A stretch of 64,000 nt of DNA. Source: Bacteroidia bacterium (GTDB taxonomy: Bacteria > Bacteroidota > Bacteroidia > AKYH767-A > OLB10). The position numbers and the translations under genes are program-made. Where the stretch lies: the NCBI GenBank assembly GCA_039931675.1, contig JBDTRM010000266.1:47-64046 (forward strand), given 5' to 3'. Of this stretch, positions 1 through 9,771 are shown piece by piece; the first letter of the stretch is position 1, and every line of letters starts with the position of its first letter. A model generated the notes under the pieces. It had not been told where the DNA came from. It searched no databases and saw only the letters and a program-made list of their open reading frames with translations.

Positions 1-702
1 AAGAGCAGCCAGATTATTACATGATGTGGCGTATTCAGGATGTTCCTTTCCTAATACTTTTTCCCGTATTTGCCTTGCCTCTATGTAGAGAGGCTCTGCT
101 TTCTCATACAGTCCCATATGCGAATAAAGAGCAGCAAGATTATTACATGATGTGGCGTATTCAGGATGTCCCTTTCCTAATGCCTGTTCCCATATTTGCT
201 TTGCCTCTAAGTATAGCTGCTCTGCTTTCTCATATTGCCCGATGTTTGTATAAAGGTTAGCAAGATTATTACAGGAACTTAAATAATCAGAATGTTGCTT
301 TCCCAATAATTTCGCTCGTATTTGCCTTGCCTCAAGTAATAATGGCTCAGCTTTCTCAAACTGCCCCATGTAATTGTAAGACAGACCAATATAATTACAG
401 GAATATGCATAATCCAGATTTTCCTTTCCAAGAAGCTTTTCATGAATTTGCTTTGCTTTGGACAAAATTTGTTCTGCTTCTTTGTATTTCTTTCTACGGT
501 AAAACAAAACACCAAGGCTATCACAGATCTGTGCATAAGTATTGGTACCCGCAGAGTCTATTTTCAATTTGATTAATTCTAAATAAAGCTCAGCTTCCTT
601 ATTGGTATTTTTATTATTCCCTTGTTCTTTAGACTGGCAATAGCAAAGAGTATTTAAACTCATGATGCAAATGAATAGGACGGAGGTAAATATATTTCTC
701 AT
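1..702 (-). CDS. TPR-repeat protein, N-terminal part; the gene runs off the left window edge. Paralog of the TPR region of the adjacent TPR-CHAT protein
   Basis: Absent from the ORF track because it has no stop in the window. Reverse-strand ATG at 702-700 gives MRNIFTSVLFICIMSLNTLCYCQS (signal-peptide-like). This is followed by 42-aa units such as AEPLYIEARQIREKVLGKEHPEYATSCNNLAALY..MG.YEK, and the frame stays open to position 1 (234 codons). Confidence 0.7.
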   Translation of the reverse strand, partial: MRNIFTSVLFICIMSLNTLCYCQSKEQGNNKNTNKEAELYLELIKLKIDSAGTNTYAQICDSLGVLFYRRKKYKEAEQILSKAKQIHEKLLGKENLDYAYSCNYIGLSYNYMGQFEKAEPLLLEARQIRAKLLGKQHSDYLSSCNNLANLYTNIGQYEKAEQLYLEAKQIWEQALGKGHPEYATSCNNLAALYSHMGLYEKAEPLYIEARQIREKVLGKEHPEYATSCNNLAAL

Positions 703-738
703 AAGAATAAGGTATTTGGCTGTTTGTTTGTATAAAAA

Positions 739-3700
739 TTATCTTACTAAAACCCACGCAGCCCATTTATAAGGCTCGTTGCGAAACTTGTTTTTCATCA
801 CTTGTTGTGCATCGTAAAACGCATTGCTTATAGTTTTTTTTGCAAAAAGGTTTTTGTAAAACAGTTGCATGAATTCTGCTGTTTCTGCATCCGGTACTTT
901 CCACAGACTCATGACTAAGTTTTGTGCACCTGCCATTTTAAAAGCCCGCTGCAATCCATACACTCCTTCACTGCCCTGTATATCTCCCAATGCAGTTTCG
1001 CAGGCAGAGAGCACCACTAATTTTGTATTTGGCAAGTACATATTTGATACTTCGTAAGCAGTAAGAATACCATCCTCTATACCTTCGATGGGTTTTCCAC
1101 TCCATGCATTATTAGCCCCAGCAAAAAGAATCCCTGATCTGAATAAAGGATCATCAGATTGCTTAAAGACTTTGCCGCTTGTAAACTTTTGCGAAGTGTC
1201 TGTTTTGATATCCTTTGGATCAGGAAAGAAAAAGCCATGCGAAGCAATATGCAAAACTACAGGAGCGTTTTTTCCATCTAACGCTTTCATAGATTCTTCT
1301 GTTGCATTGATGCCCGAGAGAAGAGAAACAGTATAGTTGGATGAAGATTCATTTTTAATTCCGTTGATCTCTTCTTGTGTGCCGGGAAGTTCCTTCCATA
1401 TTTCGCCTCGTGTAAGATCTGAAGGAAGCGAACGGCTATTATTATTCGCAATGGGATGGCTAATTACCATATTCTTTAAGGCAGTAGAATCAGCATCATA
1501 GTTAATGCCCCCATACAATTGTAATTTATCGGAAGCGCTTACATAATAAGGTTGCTGATCAGTAACAGAAGCAGTTGTTGCAAGTTGTACCAACTTATAC
1601 TTGTCGCTTAAAACTTCTTTATTGCTTACAGGCAAGGCAGCAAAGGCAATTCTATGCAGCAAGCCTGCCGGAGCAAAATAAACTGTTTTAATGCCTTTTA
1701 ACTCTTTCTCCAACGGCTTCCATATCAAATCATAAAGGGACTTATTTGCAGCGAGGTTACTATTCTCACCGCTACCGCTTTGGGTATATAACCAGTTAAT
1801 ACCTTCATTATTTGTTTTACTGCTATTGACAGATAATAAATCCGTTAGCTGCTTTTCATTAAAAAGACTGATAGTAGCAGGTAACAACATATCCTTTCTC
1901 AGCACAATTGCTATGTATAAAGTTGTATCCGTGTAACGTTTACTATTATAATATTGAAAAGACGCAAATTCAATTGACGCTTCATCAGCCTGTAATTTAT
2001 TCTGAATATCTTTCCAATCTGCCTGTTGTTGTTGTTTTTTAAAGCTTGACGAAAGGCGAGTAAGTTCTTTCTCCAGTTGGTTTGCATTTTCTTCTATTTT
2101 AGCTACATCTTCCTTTCTTTCATTTATTGGTTTTGAATATAAAACCGAGAGATGTTTTTTTAAATTGATCCATTCATAATATTTATTACTTAATGTGGTA
2201 TCATTTGAAGAAAGCAGTTGGTTTTTAACTGCCTGTGAAGAAGAAAGAATAAGATTACGATGAAATAGGGAGAGTGAATAAGGTTGTTCAGATTTTAGTT
2301 TCCCGGAAACATAAAAAGAGTATGGTATATCACCCTGACCCAATTTGTTTTTTATAAAAGCTGTTTTTTCTTTTTCATTAGTAAATAGAAAAATTGCTTT
2401 TAAGTTATAAGCCTTGACAAAAAATGATTCCTTAAACATTTCTTCCGCCTTTAATTGCTGATGCTTTAACCAATAAAGCCTTGCCAGATTAGCACACGAT
2501 AATCCATAATCGAGATGTTGTTTTCCCAATACTGTCCCAAATATTTCTTTTGACTCAAGGATAAGCAGCTCTGCTTTCTGAAATTCATCCATCTCCAGAT
2601 AAAGATCCGCAAGAATATAACAGGAACGTGCATAATCAGGATTTTCTATTCCTAAGGTCTTAGCTTTTATTTGTCTTGCTTGGATCAAAGCTGATTCCGC
2701 CTTCTTGTACTCCCCAATATGTCTGTAAAGATCAGCAAGATTAATACAGGATCCTGTATAGTACGGGTGCTCTTTACCAAATACTTTTTGTAATATTTGC
2801 TTTGACTCCAAGTATAGCGGCTCAGCTTTGTCATATTGCCCAATATCCTTGTAGAGATTAGCAAGATTATTACATGAAGCAGCGTAATCAGAATGCTCGC
2901 TCCCTAATACCTTTTTTCGTATTTGTATTGCCTCAATGTAAAGGGGTTCTGCTTTTGCATATTGGCCCATAGAATAATAAAGATTAGCTAGATTATCACA
3001 TGAACTTGCATACTCACGATTTTCCTTTCCAAGCAGTTTTGCCCGTGTTTGTTTCGCCTCAATGTACAGCAATTCTGATTTTTCATACTGACCGAGTTCC
3101 ATATAAACAAGAGCAAGATTATTACAGGACTTTGCATAATCAAGATGTTCTTTTCCATAAAACTTTTCACGTATTTGCTTTGCTTCTAAGTATAGCTTTT
3201 CTGCCCTATCATATTGGCCCATGTACCAGTAAAGACTTGCAAGATTATCACAGGAACCGGCATACTCTGGATGTTCTTTTCCAAATACCTTTTCAAGTAT
3301 TTGCTTTGCTTCTAAGTATAGTGGCTCAGCTTTATCATACTTCACAGTGGCACGATAAAAATTAGCAAGATTAAGACACGATCTCGCATAGTCAGAATGC
3401 TCGTTACCATACACTTTTTCTCTAATTTTTTTTGCCTCAATATATAGTGGCTCGGCTTTCTCAAATTGCTCCATATTCTTGTAAAGAGCAGCCAGAAAAT
3501 CGCATGAAGAAATATACTCAGGGTGTTCCCTTCCTATTACTTTTTCTTTTATCAGCTTTGCCTCAATATAAAATTTTTCCGCTTCTTTATATTGCCTTGT
3601 TTTGTAATACAAAACACCAAGGCTATCACATATCCCCGCATAAGTAATTGTAACTGCAGAGTCTTTTTTCAACTCTTCATTTGCTTTTGTATAGAACTCA

Positions 3701-3831
3701 ATAGACTTGTCGTTATCTTTTTTGATGTTGTATGCATTTGCACTATCAACATATTGTTTCCAAAGTTGACTATATGCCTCGTTTAAACTCATTATGCAAA
3801 TGAAAAAGATGATGATTGATAGATTTTTCAT
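739..3831 (-). CDS. Secreted TPR-repeat / CHAT-domain (caspase-like) protease family protein
   Basis: 1030 aa. N-terminal signal-like MKNLSIIIFFICIMSLNEAYSQ. Nine consecutive 42-aa KLC-type TPR units (AEPLYIEAKQIREKV.GKEH.DYA.SCNNLA.LY..MGQY.K). The C-terminus carries the CHAT His/Cys dyad context: HIASHGFF (His865 codon at 1237-1239) and VVLSACETALG (Cys944 codon at 1000-1002). Confidence 0.85.
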   Translation of the reverse strand: MKNLSIIIFFICIMSLNEAYSQLWKQYVDSANAYNIKKDNDKSIEFYTKANEELKKDSAVTITYAGICDSLGVLYYKTRQYKEAEKFYIEAKLIKEKVIGREHPEYISSCDFLAALYKNMEQFEKAEPLYIEAKKIREKVYGNEHSDYARSCLNLANFYRATVKYDKAEPLYLEAKQILEKVFGKEHPEYAGSCDNLASLYWYMGQYDRAEKLYLEAKQIREKFYGKEHLDYAKSCNNLALVYMELGQYEKSELLYIEAKQTRAKLLGKENREYASSCDNLANLYYSMGQYAKAEPLYIEAIQIRKKVLGSEHSDYAASCNNLANLYKDIGQYDKAEPLYLESKQILQKVFGKEHPYYTGSCINLADLYRHIGEYKKAESALIQARQIKAKTLGIENPDYARSCYILADLYLEMDEFQKAELLILESKEIFGTVLGKQHLDYGLSCANLARLYWLKHQQLKAEEMFKESFFVKAYNLKAIFLFTNEKEKTAFIKNKLGQGDIPYSFYVSGKLKSEQPYSLSLFHRNLILSSSQAVKNQLLSSNDTTLSNKYYEWINLKKHLSVLYSKPINERKEDVAKIEENANQLEKELTRLSSSFKKQQQQADWKDIQNKLQADEASIEFASFQYYNSKRYTDTTLYIAIVLRKDMLLPATISLFNEKQLTDLLSVNSSKTNNEGINWLYTQSGSGENSNLAANKSLYDLIWKPLEKELKGIKTVYFAPAGLLHRIAFAALPVSNKEVLSDKYKLVQLATTASVTDQQPYYVSASDKLQLYGGINYDADSTALKNMVISHPIANNNSRSLPSDLTRGEIWKELPGTQEEINGIKNESSSNYTVSLLSGINATEESMKALDGKNAPVVLHIASHGFFFPDPKDIKTDTSQKFTSGKVFKQSDDPLFRSGILFAGANNAWSGKPIEGIEDGILTAYEVSNMYLPNTKLVVLSACETALGDIQGSEGVYGLQRAFKMAGAQNLVMSLWKVPDAETAEFMQLFYKNLFAKKTISNAFYDAQQVMKNKFRNEPYKWAAWVLVR

Positions 3832-3888
3832 AAGTGAAATGGTATTTAGTTGTTTGTATATATTTTATCTTGGGAAAATCTAAGCGGA

Positions 3889-4806
3889 TTATTTCCAGGC
3901 TGCAATAGCTTCTTTTTCGAACCCGTATTTCAATAAAAATGAAACATAACTTCTCCGTAAAGCACTATCATTCTCATTTGCTTTTATTAAAGCTGCATAG
4001 CGCTCAGAGGCAGCATTGATAAAAGCATTTTTTTCTAACTTTTCAATTTGCTGCAATTGTATTTCTATATTTTTATTACTGCTATCAGCAATTAGTTGAT
4101 CTAATTGTTGCTTTTCGTCTTCAGGCGTGAGTATGTCAAACCAGATCGGAATTTCATCTTCACATCTTCCATCCTTACTGGTCACATTCCAAAAATATTT
4201 ACCTGTCTTACCTTGCAGTATTTCATTAACAATTACAACCTGAATGGTATCTCTTACATTCATCGTTTTAAGCTCTTTTGCTTTATCATCATAAATAACA
4301 AATGAATAATCTGATGCAGGGCTTGTGTTGTGCCATTTGAAAATAATGGAGGCAGCAGATGTTTTTAAACCGTTTAATGGGAATATCTTGTTGTTGCATT
4401 CATCACCACCGCGAGAAACTCCAGCACGTATCCCTGCTACAAACATTTCAAAATCAGAATTCGGATTGACTAATTCATCAAATAAAAACTTAAAGTATTT
4501 ACCGGTTGTTCCTTCGTTTTTTGTAAACCTTGCTTTAGCATTCACTTCACTAACTTTAAAAACCCCCGGTGTATTCAAAACCCAAAAATTGCCATCTTTA
4601 TCCGATAGCGTAACATCAGTTCCTTTTTTAAGAGTAACTACATCGTTTTTATAAATTAACTGTTTTTGTTTTATAATAACCGGTTTTTTACCGGGTTTTG
4701 TCAAGGTAGCATCACCCATTACCAGATAAACATAATAATCAGGTAACACCTGGGCATAGCTTTGCAAACTAAGTGTTGTGAGTATCAGGATGAATAAGTG
4801 TCTCAT
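3889..4806 (-). CDS. Secreted hypothetical protein, possibly FecR-like beta N-domain with a helical C-terminus
   Basis: 305 aa with signal peptide MRHLFILILTTLSLQSYAQ. It lies between the CHAT and CHASE2 genes with short gaps (57 and 9 nt) on the same strand. The N-terminal segment (GDATLTKPGKKPVIIKQKQLIYKNDVVTLKKGTDVTLSDKDGNFWVL) resembles FecR-type sensors. That functional call is weak. Confidence 0.45.
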   Translation of the reverse strand: MRHLFILILTTLSLQSYAQVLPDYYVYLVMGDATLTKPGKKPVIIKQKQLIYKNDVVTLKKGTDVTLSDKDGNFWVLNTPGVFKVSEVNAKARFTKNEGTTGKYFKFLFDELVNPNSDFEMFVAGIRAGVSRGGDECNNKIFPLNGLKTSAASIIFKWHNTSPASDYSFVIYDDKAKELKTMNVRDTIQVVIVNEILQGKTGKYFWNVTSKDGRCEDEIPIWFDILTPEDEKQQLDQLIADSSNKNIEIQLQQIEKLEKNAFINAASERYAALIKANENDSALRRSYVSFLLKYGFEKEAIAAWK

Positions 4807-4815
4807 GAGTTTTAT

Positions 4816-6033
4816 TTATTTAAAGATTGTTTTATACATGTATTTTTTATGCAGCCTTACTGCTATCATCTTGTATATATCTAACAATTCAACACACAAT
4901 GCCAATGCTATCATTATAGGCAATAGAGGAACCTTAACATGAAAACAGTCAAACACCTGCAGAAATAAATACAGTATTAAAAGAATGATAAGAAACTGCT
5001 GAAATAACAGCCAAATGTGTACGGGATGCTTTCGTTTTTTATGTTGAAGTAAAATAGAGTACAGAAATAAAAAAGTGATTATTCCGGCTAACAGGTAAGA
5101 AACAAATTCAGAAGTTTCACTGGCATACTCTCCACTCAATATCATAGAAAGAATATTGGCATGTATTACTATACCATACATATCAGGAAAACTTTTACCC
5201 GCAACCTGTTCATTCAATGGTGAAAAATGAAAGTCCTCCATAATCAATGGCACTTGTTTATCAAAATAACCTACAAGTACTATCTTTCCGGTCAGAATAT
5301 CTCTCAATTGATTTGAACCATCACTATAGAGTAATTCTTCTTTCGATAGGCTGGTATAGTTTTCAAGATTTCCGGTGTAATTAATAATCTCCCATTTTCG
5401 GTTTCGCCTTTTCAGTTCATTAAATTTTTCAGGTGCGAACCTTTCCGCAATAACTGAAGTAAATGCAGGATAAATAGAGTCACCTGCTTTAAGAAAGGGA
5501 AGATAATTTCTAGCCACAGCAAATTGATTTCCCTGAATGTTGGTATATCCGAAATGATAATGGTGATCATTGTCCTCAAAAAAATTATGAGTAAAGGCTG
5601 GCTGATCCAAGGAGGAGTTCATATCTAATTCTGAAGCAAGAATTATATTCCCGTATTGGCTGATTTCATGAAGTAATTTAATGTTCTCGAGGGAATCTCT
5701 TTGCTCCTTAAACACCGCATCAATACCAATTACGGCAGGCGTGTACTTTTCAATTATTCTTATTTGGTCAGCAATTGCATTTCTCTTGTCTGCAACCTGC
5801 ACTAATATTATATTGCTATCTCTTTTTGAGTTCTCCAAATGCTTGCCGGAATAATAGAGATCATATATGTCAAAACCGAGAAAACCCTGCCGGATTGGTT
5901 TGGCAAATTCAAACTTAAAAGGAATAAAGCTTATGCAGAATGTTATAATAAGCACCATTGTGGTGGCTACAAGACTTTCTTTCATGAGATCCTTCATGGG
6001 TTGTATTGGAGTGTTCGGTTTAAAACAGTTCAA
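4816..6033 (-). CDS. Stand-alone CHASE2-like membrane protein (N-terminal TM, extracytoplasmic domain, C-terminal TM bundle, no output domain)
   Basis: 405 aa. One N-terminal TM (VATTMVLIITFCISFIPF). CHASE2-like motifs are present (NIILVQVADKRN ... VIGIDAVFKE ... KIVLVGY). Three C-terminal hydrophobic helices follow. The start may instead be the internal Met at 5997. Confidence 0.6.
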   Translation of the reverse strand: MNCFKPNTPIQPMKDLMKESLVATTMVLIITFCISFIPFKFEFAKPIRQGFLGFDIYDLYYSGKHLENSKRDSNIILVQVADKRNAIADQIRIIEKYTPAVIGIDAVFKEQRDSLENIKLLHEISQYGNIILASELDMNSSLDQPAFTHNFFEDNDHHYHFGYTNIQGNQFAVARNYLPFLKAGDSIYPAFTSVIAERFAPEKFNELKRRNRKWEIINYTGNLENYTSLSKEELLYSDGSNQLRDILTGKIVLVGYFDKQVPLIMEDFHFSPLNEQVAGKSFPDMYGIVIHANILSMILSGEYASETSEFVSYLLAGIITFLFLYSILLQHKKRKHPVHIWLLFQQFLIILLILYLFLQVFDCFHVKVPLLPIMIALALCVELLDIYKMIAVRLHKKYMYKTIFK

Positions 6034-6246
6034 ATATAAATAAAAATGAATACAGCTAATTTAATTTTAGGATGAATTTATTAGTTCTTTTTTCGATTCA
6101 GTAATAACGATAAAATCGATATAACGTTAACTGTAATCCTAACTATTGGGGTTAGTTAAAATAAGATTGAGAGATGGGTAATTGGAATCGGTTTTTAAGG
6201 CCCGAATTCAATTGCCACAACAAGGCGAGGAGCTCCTTTAACTTTT

Positions 6247-6723
6247 TTACAATTCGATTTTGGCAACAAGCTCTTTTTCGTTCAGATACTTTATCACACT
6301 TTCCCAATCGGGAAACTTGTCTGAACCAAAATGAATAAACTCACCTTTAAATTTATCTGAACCATTATGTTTATCACGGTCATCAATCAGGTAATCTCCC
6401 TCATTAAGGTGTTTGTTGTGCGATAAAATTAATCTCTTATAAGCTTCTTTTCCTAAATATTTTTTTACCCATATCAATTTATCATGCCAGGCAGTTGGGT
6501 TCTCCCATGGGGCTGTAGAAAGAATATAAGTATCAAATCTGTCTGCAAGTTTCCTATAGCTTTCAATGGCATCTTCCATAGGTTTCATCAGTGAAAAAAT
6601 ATGAGGTACTTCATCCAGTCGTTCCGCATATTGCTTTTGAATTTCTTCGGATAATTGATTTATCCCTGATTGAAAATCAACCAAGACATTATCCATATCC
6701 ACATAAACTATTTTCTTTTTCAT
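6247..6723 (-). CDS. 5'(3')-deoxyribonucleotidase (NT5C-type, HAD superfamily)
   Basis: 158 aa. HAD motif I DxDxV in MKKKIVYVDMDNVLVDF. The size and the downstream pattern (ILSTAPWENP ... DYLIDDRDKHNG) are typical of the NT5C family. Confidence 0.75.
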   Translation of the reverse strand: MKKKIVYVDMDNVLVDFQSGINQLSEEIQKQYAERLDEVPHIFSLMKPMEDAIESYRKLADRFDTYILSTAPWENPTAWHDKLIWVKKYLGKEAYKRLILSHNKHLNEGDYLIDDRDKHNGSDKFKGEFIHFGSDKFPDWESVIKYLNEKELVAKIEL

Positions 6724-7062
6724 AATTCAATTTGCTTTTTTCACTTTTTCCACTTCTTCTCCCCACAGCCTCCGGCTGGTAGTTAACACAGGTTTGAGCT
6801 TTTGATATATGCTTTTCTTAATATATACCTAAGTTGATTAATATTTAACAATTGTTTTTTTCATTTAATGTTTTGTTGGAATGATACACAAAGAAAAAAG
6901 GAATTTGTGCTTTAGCAAAACGCATTAAGAATTTAACCCGTTTAAAAGAATTTGTTTCTATCTCAGCACAGCAGGATTGGCACTAAGCCAGGAGACTAAA
7001 GCAAGCTACTCTGCAGTGGGGGGAAAGCAAAGATTACATCCCATTTCACTTCGCTCTCAAAA

Positions 7063-9507
7063 TCAATAAGAAATCTTCGCATTTGGCAAAACCAATTTAA
7101 GGTTTTCAATTTGAAGCACTGGAATTTGCGGATTCCCACCTAAATAAATTGTTTTCAGGTTAGGAAGGTTCATCAGTACATCAATATTTTGCAAATTTGT
7201 GCATTGTCTTAAATCCAGAGAATTCAACGCTTTAAGTGCTTTTAATGCATTTATATTTTGTAATTTTAAACATGCCATTAATGATAAAGTAGATAGAGCA
7301 TTGAGTTCTTGCAAATTATCTATATTTTGCAATTCATCGCTATATGCTAAATGCAAATTAGTTAGTTGTTTAAGCCGCTTTAACCCATCAATATTTGACA
7401 ACTTTTTACAGCCTAATAATTCTAAATGATTTAGGTTTATTAATTCATCCAACCCATCTAGACTTTCCAAATGTTCAGCGAAATACAATTCCAAATCAGT
7501 TAGAGATCCTAATCGCCTTAGCGTAGTTAAATCTTTAAGGTTCTCACAATTATATAAAGTTAAATTTGTTAATGAAGTTAGGTTTCTTAAAAAATTGATA
7601 TTTTTAATCTCCCTTTGTTTTATTTGTAATTTTGATAGAAGCGAAAGTTTTTTAATGGGGTCAAAATTTTGGATTTCTCCACAATCTTCTAAGTATAAAC
7701 TACTCAGGTGAGTAAGGTCCTCCAACCCATTTACATTTTTTAAACTTAAACAATAAGTTAAACTTAACTTTTCTAAAGTTGAAAACCCTCTCAAGTCATC
7801 TAAATTAGTGATCCTACTACTATTAGAAATAGAAATGCATTTCAATGACTTTAAAGTATTAATTTTATCAAGCTTACTCATTTGATGAATGGTGTCATAA
7901 TAATCAAAATTAATTTTTAAGGTATCCGGCTGTAAAGCAAAGAAGGAAGGAACTAGACTCTGAAATAAACTGTCAGAAAGAAGTTGGATGTCACTTGAAC
8001 TTATTGTTTTTGTTTGCTCATTCCAAAGCAATCCAGCTCTATTAATTTCTTTAATGGCTTTGGTTTTTTCCCAATTATCAATATTTGTATAATAAGAAGC
8101 GCTGAACAATAAAAGAACACAAATCAAACCAGGTGCGATCCATGGTGTTGTTTTTTGCAACAATGTTTTGCTAATGCCATATACTACTTTTTCTAATTGA
8201 AGGGCAATGAAGTCGTGAGCAATTTGCCATTTTCTATTTCCCTGGGAAATTTCCATTGAATCAAGGCACCGCACTAATCCATGATGTTGCATAATCATCA
8301 TTTGATTATCTAATTGTGAAATGGTCAAACTTGAATTTTTACTCAATTGGCTAATTGTTCTAGGTTTAGCTGTATTGAAGTCCGTGAGCATCCCTTTAAT
8401 TATTGTTGCCCTTTCCATTCTCAATTCTTTACCTAAAGATTGAAGAATGTATTGCTTTATTAAATTTCCCTTCTGTTTTAGAGGATATTCTTTACTAATC
8501 ATCTGCTGTAAAATAATTCCTAAAAGGTTGAGTACTATTGGACGAAGTGTTATAGGAGAATCAATAGAGGCTGCTTCCTTAAGAATACGATTTAACTGAA
8601 GATCAGGTATATCTAATCCTGGACAGCTTTTCAAAAATTTGGATGCCTGTTTAAAAGTAAAAAGTTTTACTTCTTTGAAGTTTATATGTTCAATTCGTGC
8701 CGGTAGGTGAAGTTGATCAATCAGCTGCTGAAAATCATCTCGATATGATAAAAGAATCTGAATTCCTTTAGGTGGATTTTTGATGAAATTGTTGAAAAAA
8801 ATTTCTAACTCTTTTATTTCTTCTATTCCTTTGCTTGGTTTAGATGCTTCAGATTGATTTCTGATTAAGAAAAATTCCTCAAATTGATCGAGCACAATCA
8901 ATATTCTCTCATCAGGAAAAAGCATTTTGCTCGCTTCGTTAATTAAATCGTTTACAGTCTCTGCATTAATTGCTGTTTTGGTATTTTCTTCATTTTTTAA
9001 TTTTTCATACAAAATATTTAAGGGATCATGGTAACTTCGCAAAAAATAAACACGTGTTTTTTGTTGTTTTTGTTTTTCTAACTGTGGTATTAAATATGCT
9101 CTTATTAGTGAGGACTTACCCGCACCGGATGGGCCTGTTAAATAAAGAACAGGGGCTCTGGACTGTCTAAGCCATTCTACATATTGTTCATAACCAGCTA
9201 CGAAAAAATTATACTTATCATCAATCCGTGGGGTAGTTGTAAAATACTGTCCGTCTGGTATGCCAGTTGGCCTAAAATCAAGTTCCTTCTTTGCTTTTAG
9301 GGCAGGTCTTAACGTGAAAAAATAAACTGAAATAATTGCAAAAATTACTACAGTCGTGATAATCCATTTGAGGTAGTATAGGTCTTGAGGTATTTTTGAA
9401 ACATAATAGTATAAGTATAGTATTGCAGCAATAAGCATTGCAAACATTAATATGTATTCCTTCACCAGGTAAAGGAATCCAATATAGATATTCTTATTTT
9501 CTGACAC
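7063..9507 (-). CDS. Membrane-spanning STAND-like P-loop NTPase with C-terminal leucine-rich repeats (paralog A)
   Basis: 814 aa. Two N-terminal TM helices (about aa 17-36 and 45-65) are followed by a basic stretch, RPALKAKKE. Walker A is LYLTGPSGAGKSS (nt 9112-9135). Walker B is ILIVLDQFEEFF (nt 8869-8904). A wHTH-like region reads ISQLDNQMMIMQHHGLVRCL...RKWQIAHDFIA. A third TM sits at aa 454-473 (nt 8089-8148). About 11 cysteine-containing LRRs of 22-23 aa follow (L..L..L..L.L..C..L.NI..L; nt about 7123-7875). Confidence 0.75.
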   Translation of the reverse strand: MSENKNIYIGFLYLVKEYILMFAMLIAAILYLYYYVSKIPQDLYYLKWIITTVVIFAIISVYFFTLRPALKAKKELDFRPTGIPDGQYFTTTPRIDDKYNFFVAGYEQYVEWLRQSRAPVLYLTGPSGAGKSSLIRAYLIPQLEKQKQQKTRVYFLRSYHDPLNILYEKLKNEENTKTAINAETVNDLINEASKMLFPDERILIVLDQFEEFFLIRNQSEASKPSKGIEEIKELEIFFNNFIKNPPKGIQILLSYRDDFQQLIDQLHLPARIEHINFKEVKLFTFKQASKFLKSCPGLDIPDLQLNRILKEAASIDSPITLRPIVLNLLGIILQQMISKEYPLKQKGNLIKQYILQSLGKELRMERATIIKGMLTDFNTAKPRTISQLSKNSSLTISQLDNQMMIMQHHGLVRCLDSMEISQGNRKWQIAHDFIALQLEKVVYGISKTLLQKTTPWIAPGLICVLLLFSASYYTNIDNWEKTKAIKEINRAGLLWNEQTKTISSSDIQLLSDSLFQSLVPSFFALQPDTLKINFDYYDTIHQMSKLDKINTLKSLKCISISNSSRITNLDDLRGFSTLEKLSLTYCLSLKNVNGLEDLTHLSSLYLEDCGEIQNFDPIKKLSLLSKLQIKQREIKNINFLRNLTSLTNLTLYNCENLKDLTTLRRLGSLTDLELYFAEHLESLDGLDELINLNHLELLGCKKLSNIDGLKRLKQLTNLHLAYSDELQNIDNLQELNALSTLSLMACLKLQNINALKALKALNSLDLRQCTNLQNIDVLMNLPNLKTIYLGGNPQIPVLQIENLKLVLPNAKISY

Positions 9508-9771
9508 GTCCTTGTAATTGTTCTGTTATATTGTTAATCCCAAAATGCTAAGTGGAAAATTATCACTTGCATTTTTTTTTGAAACTTTACTTTTCCAATT
9601 GTCGCCTAAAATTGTTATTAGCCAAACTCTCTATTGTTTTTAAAAATAACTGATTATAAGTTCGAAAAACAAGAGTGTATTTTGTGACCTCTAACTCATA
9701 GATTTTCAAATATCTTATGAAGTTAATCTATTTAAACATTCAAATTACCGCACGATTTTTTCAGGACTGAA

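Noticed and set aside
21-572. Track ORFs 21-260 (+), 279-536 (-) and 327-572 (+)
   Set aside because: All three lie inside the partial TPR gene (1-702, minus) in wrong frames or on the wrong strand. The internal duplication MMWRIQDVPFL...MMWRIQDVPFL only reflects the antisense of the 126-bp TPR periodicity.
869-3786. Plus-strand ORFs (869-1057, 1088-1336, 3000-3365, 3432-3647, 3523-3786) and minus ORF 2988-3170 inside the TPR-CHAT gene
   Set aside because: They are shadow ORFs of a long, motif-rich gene. They have no motifs of their own and a repetitive, low-complexity composition.
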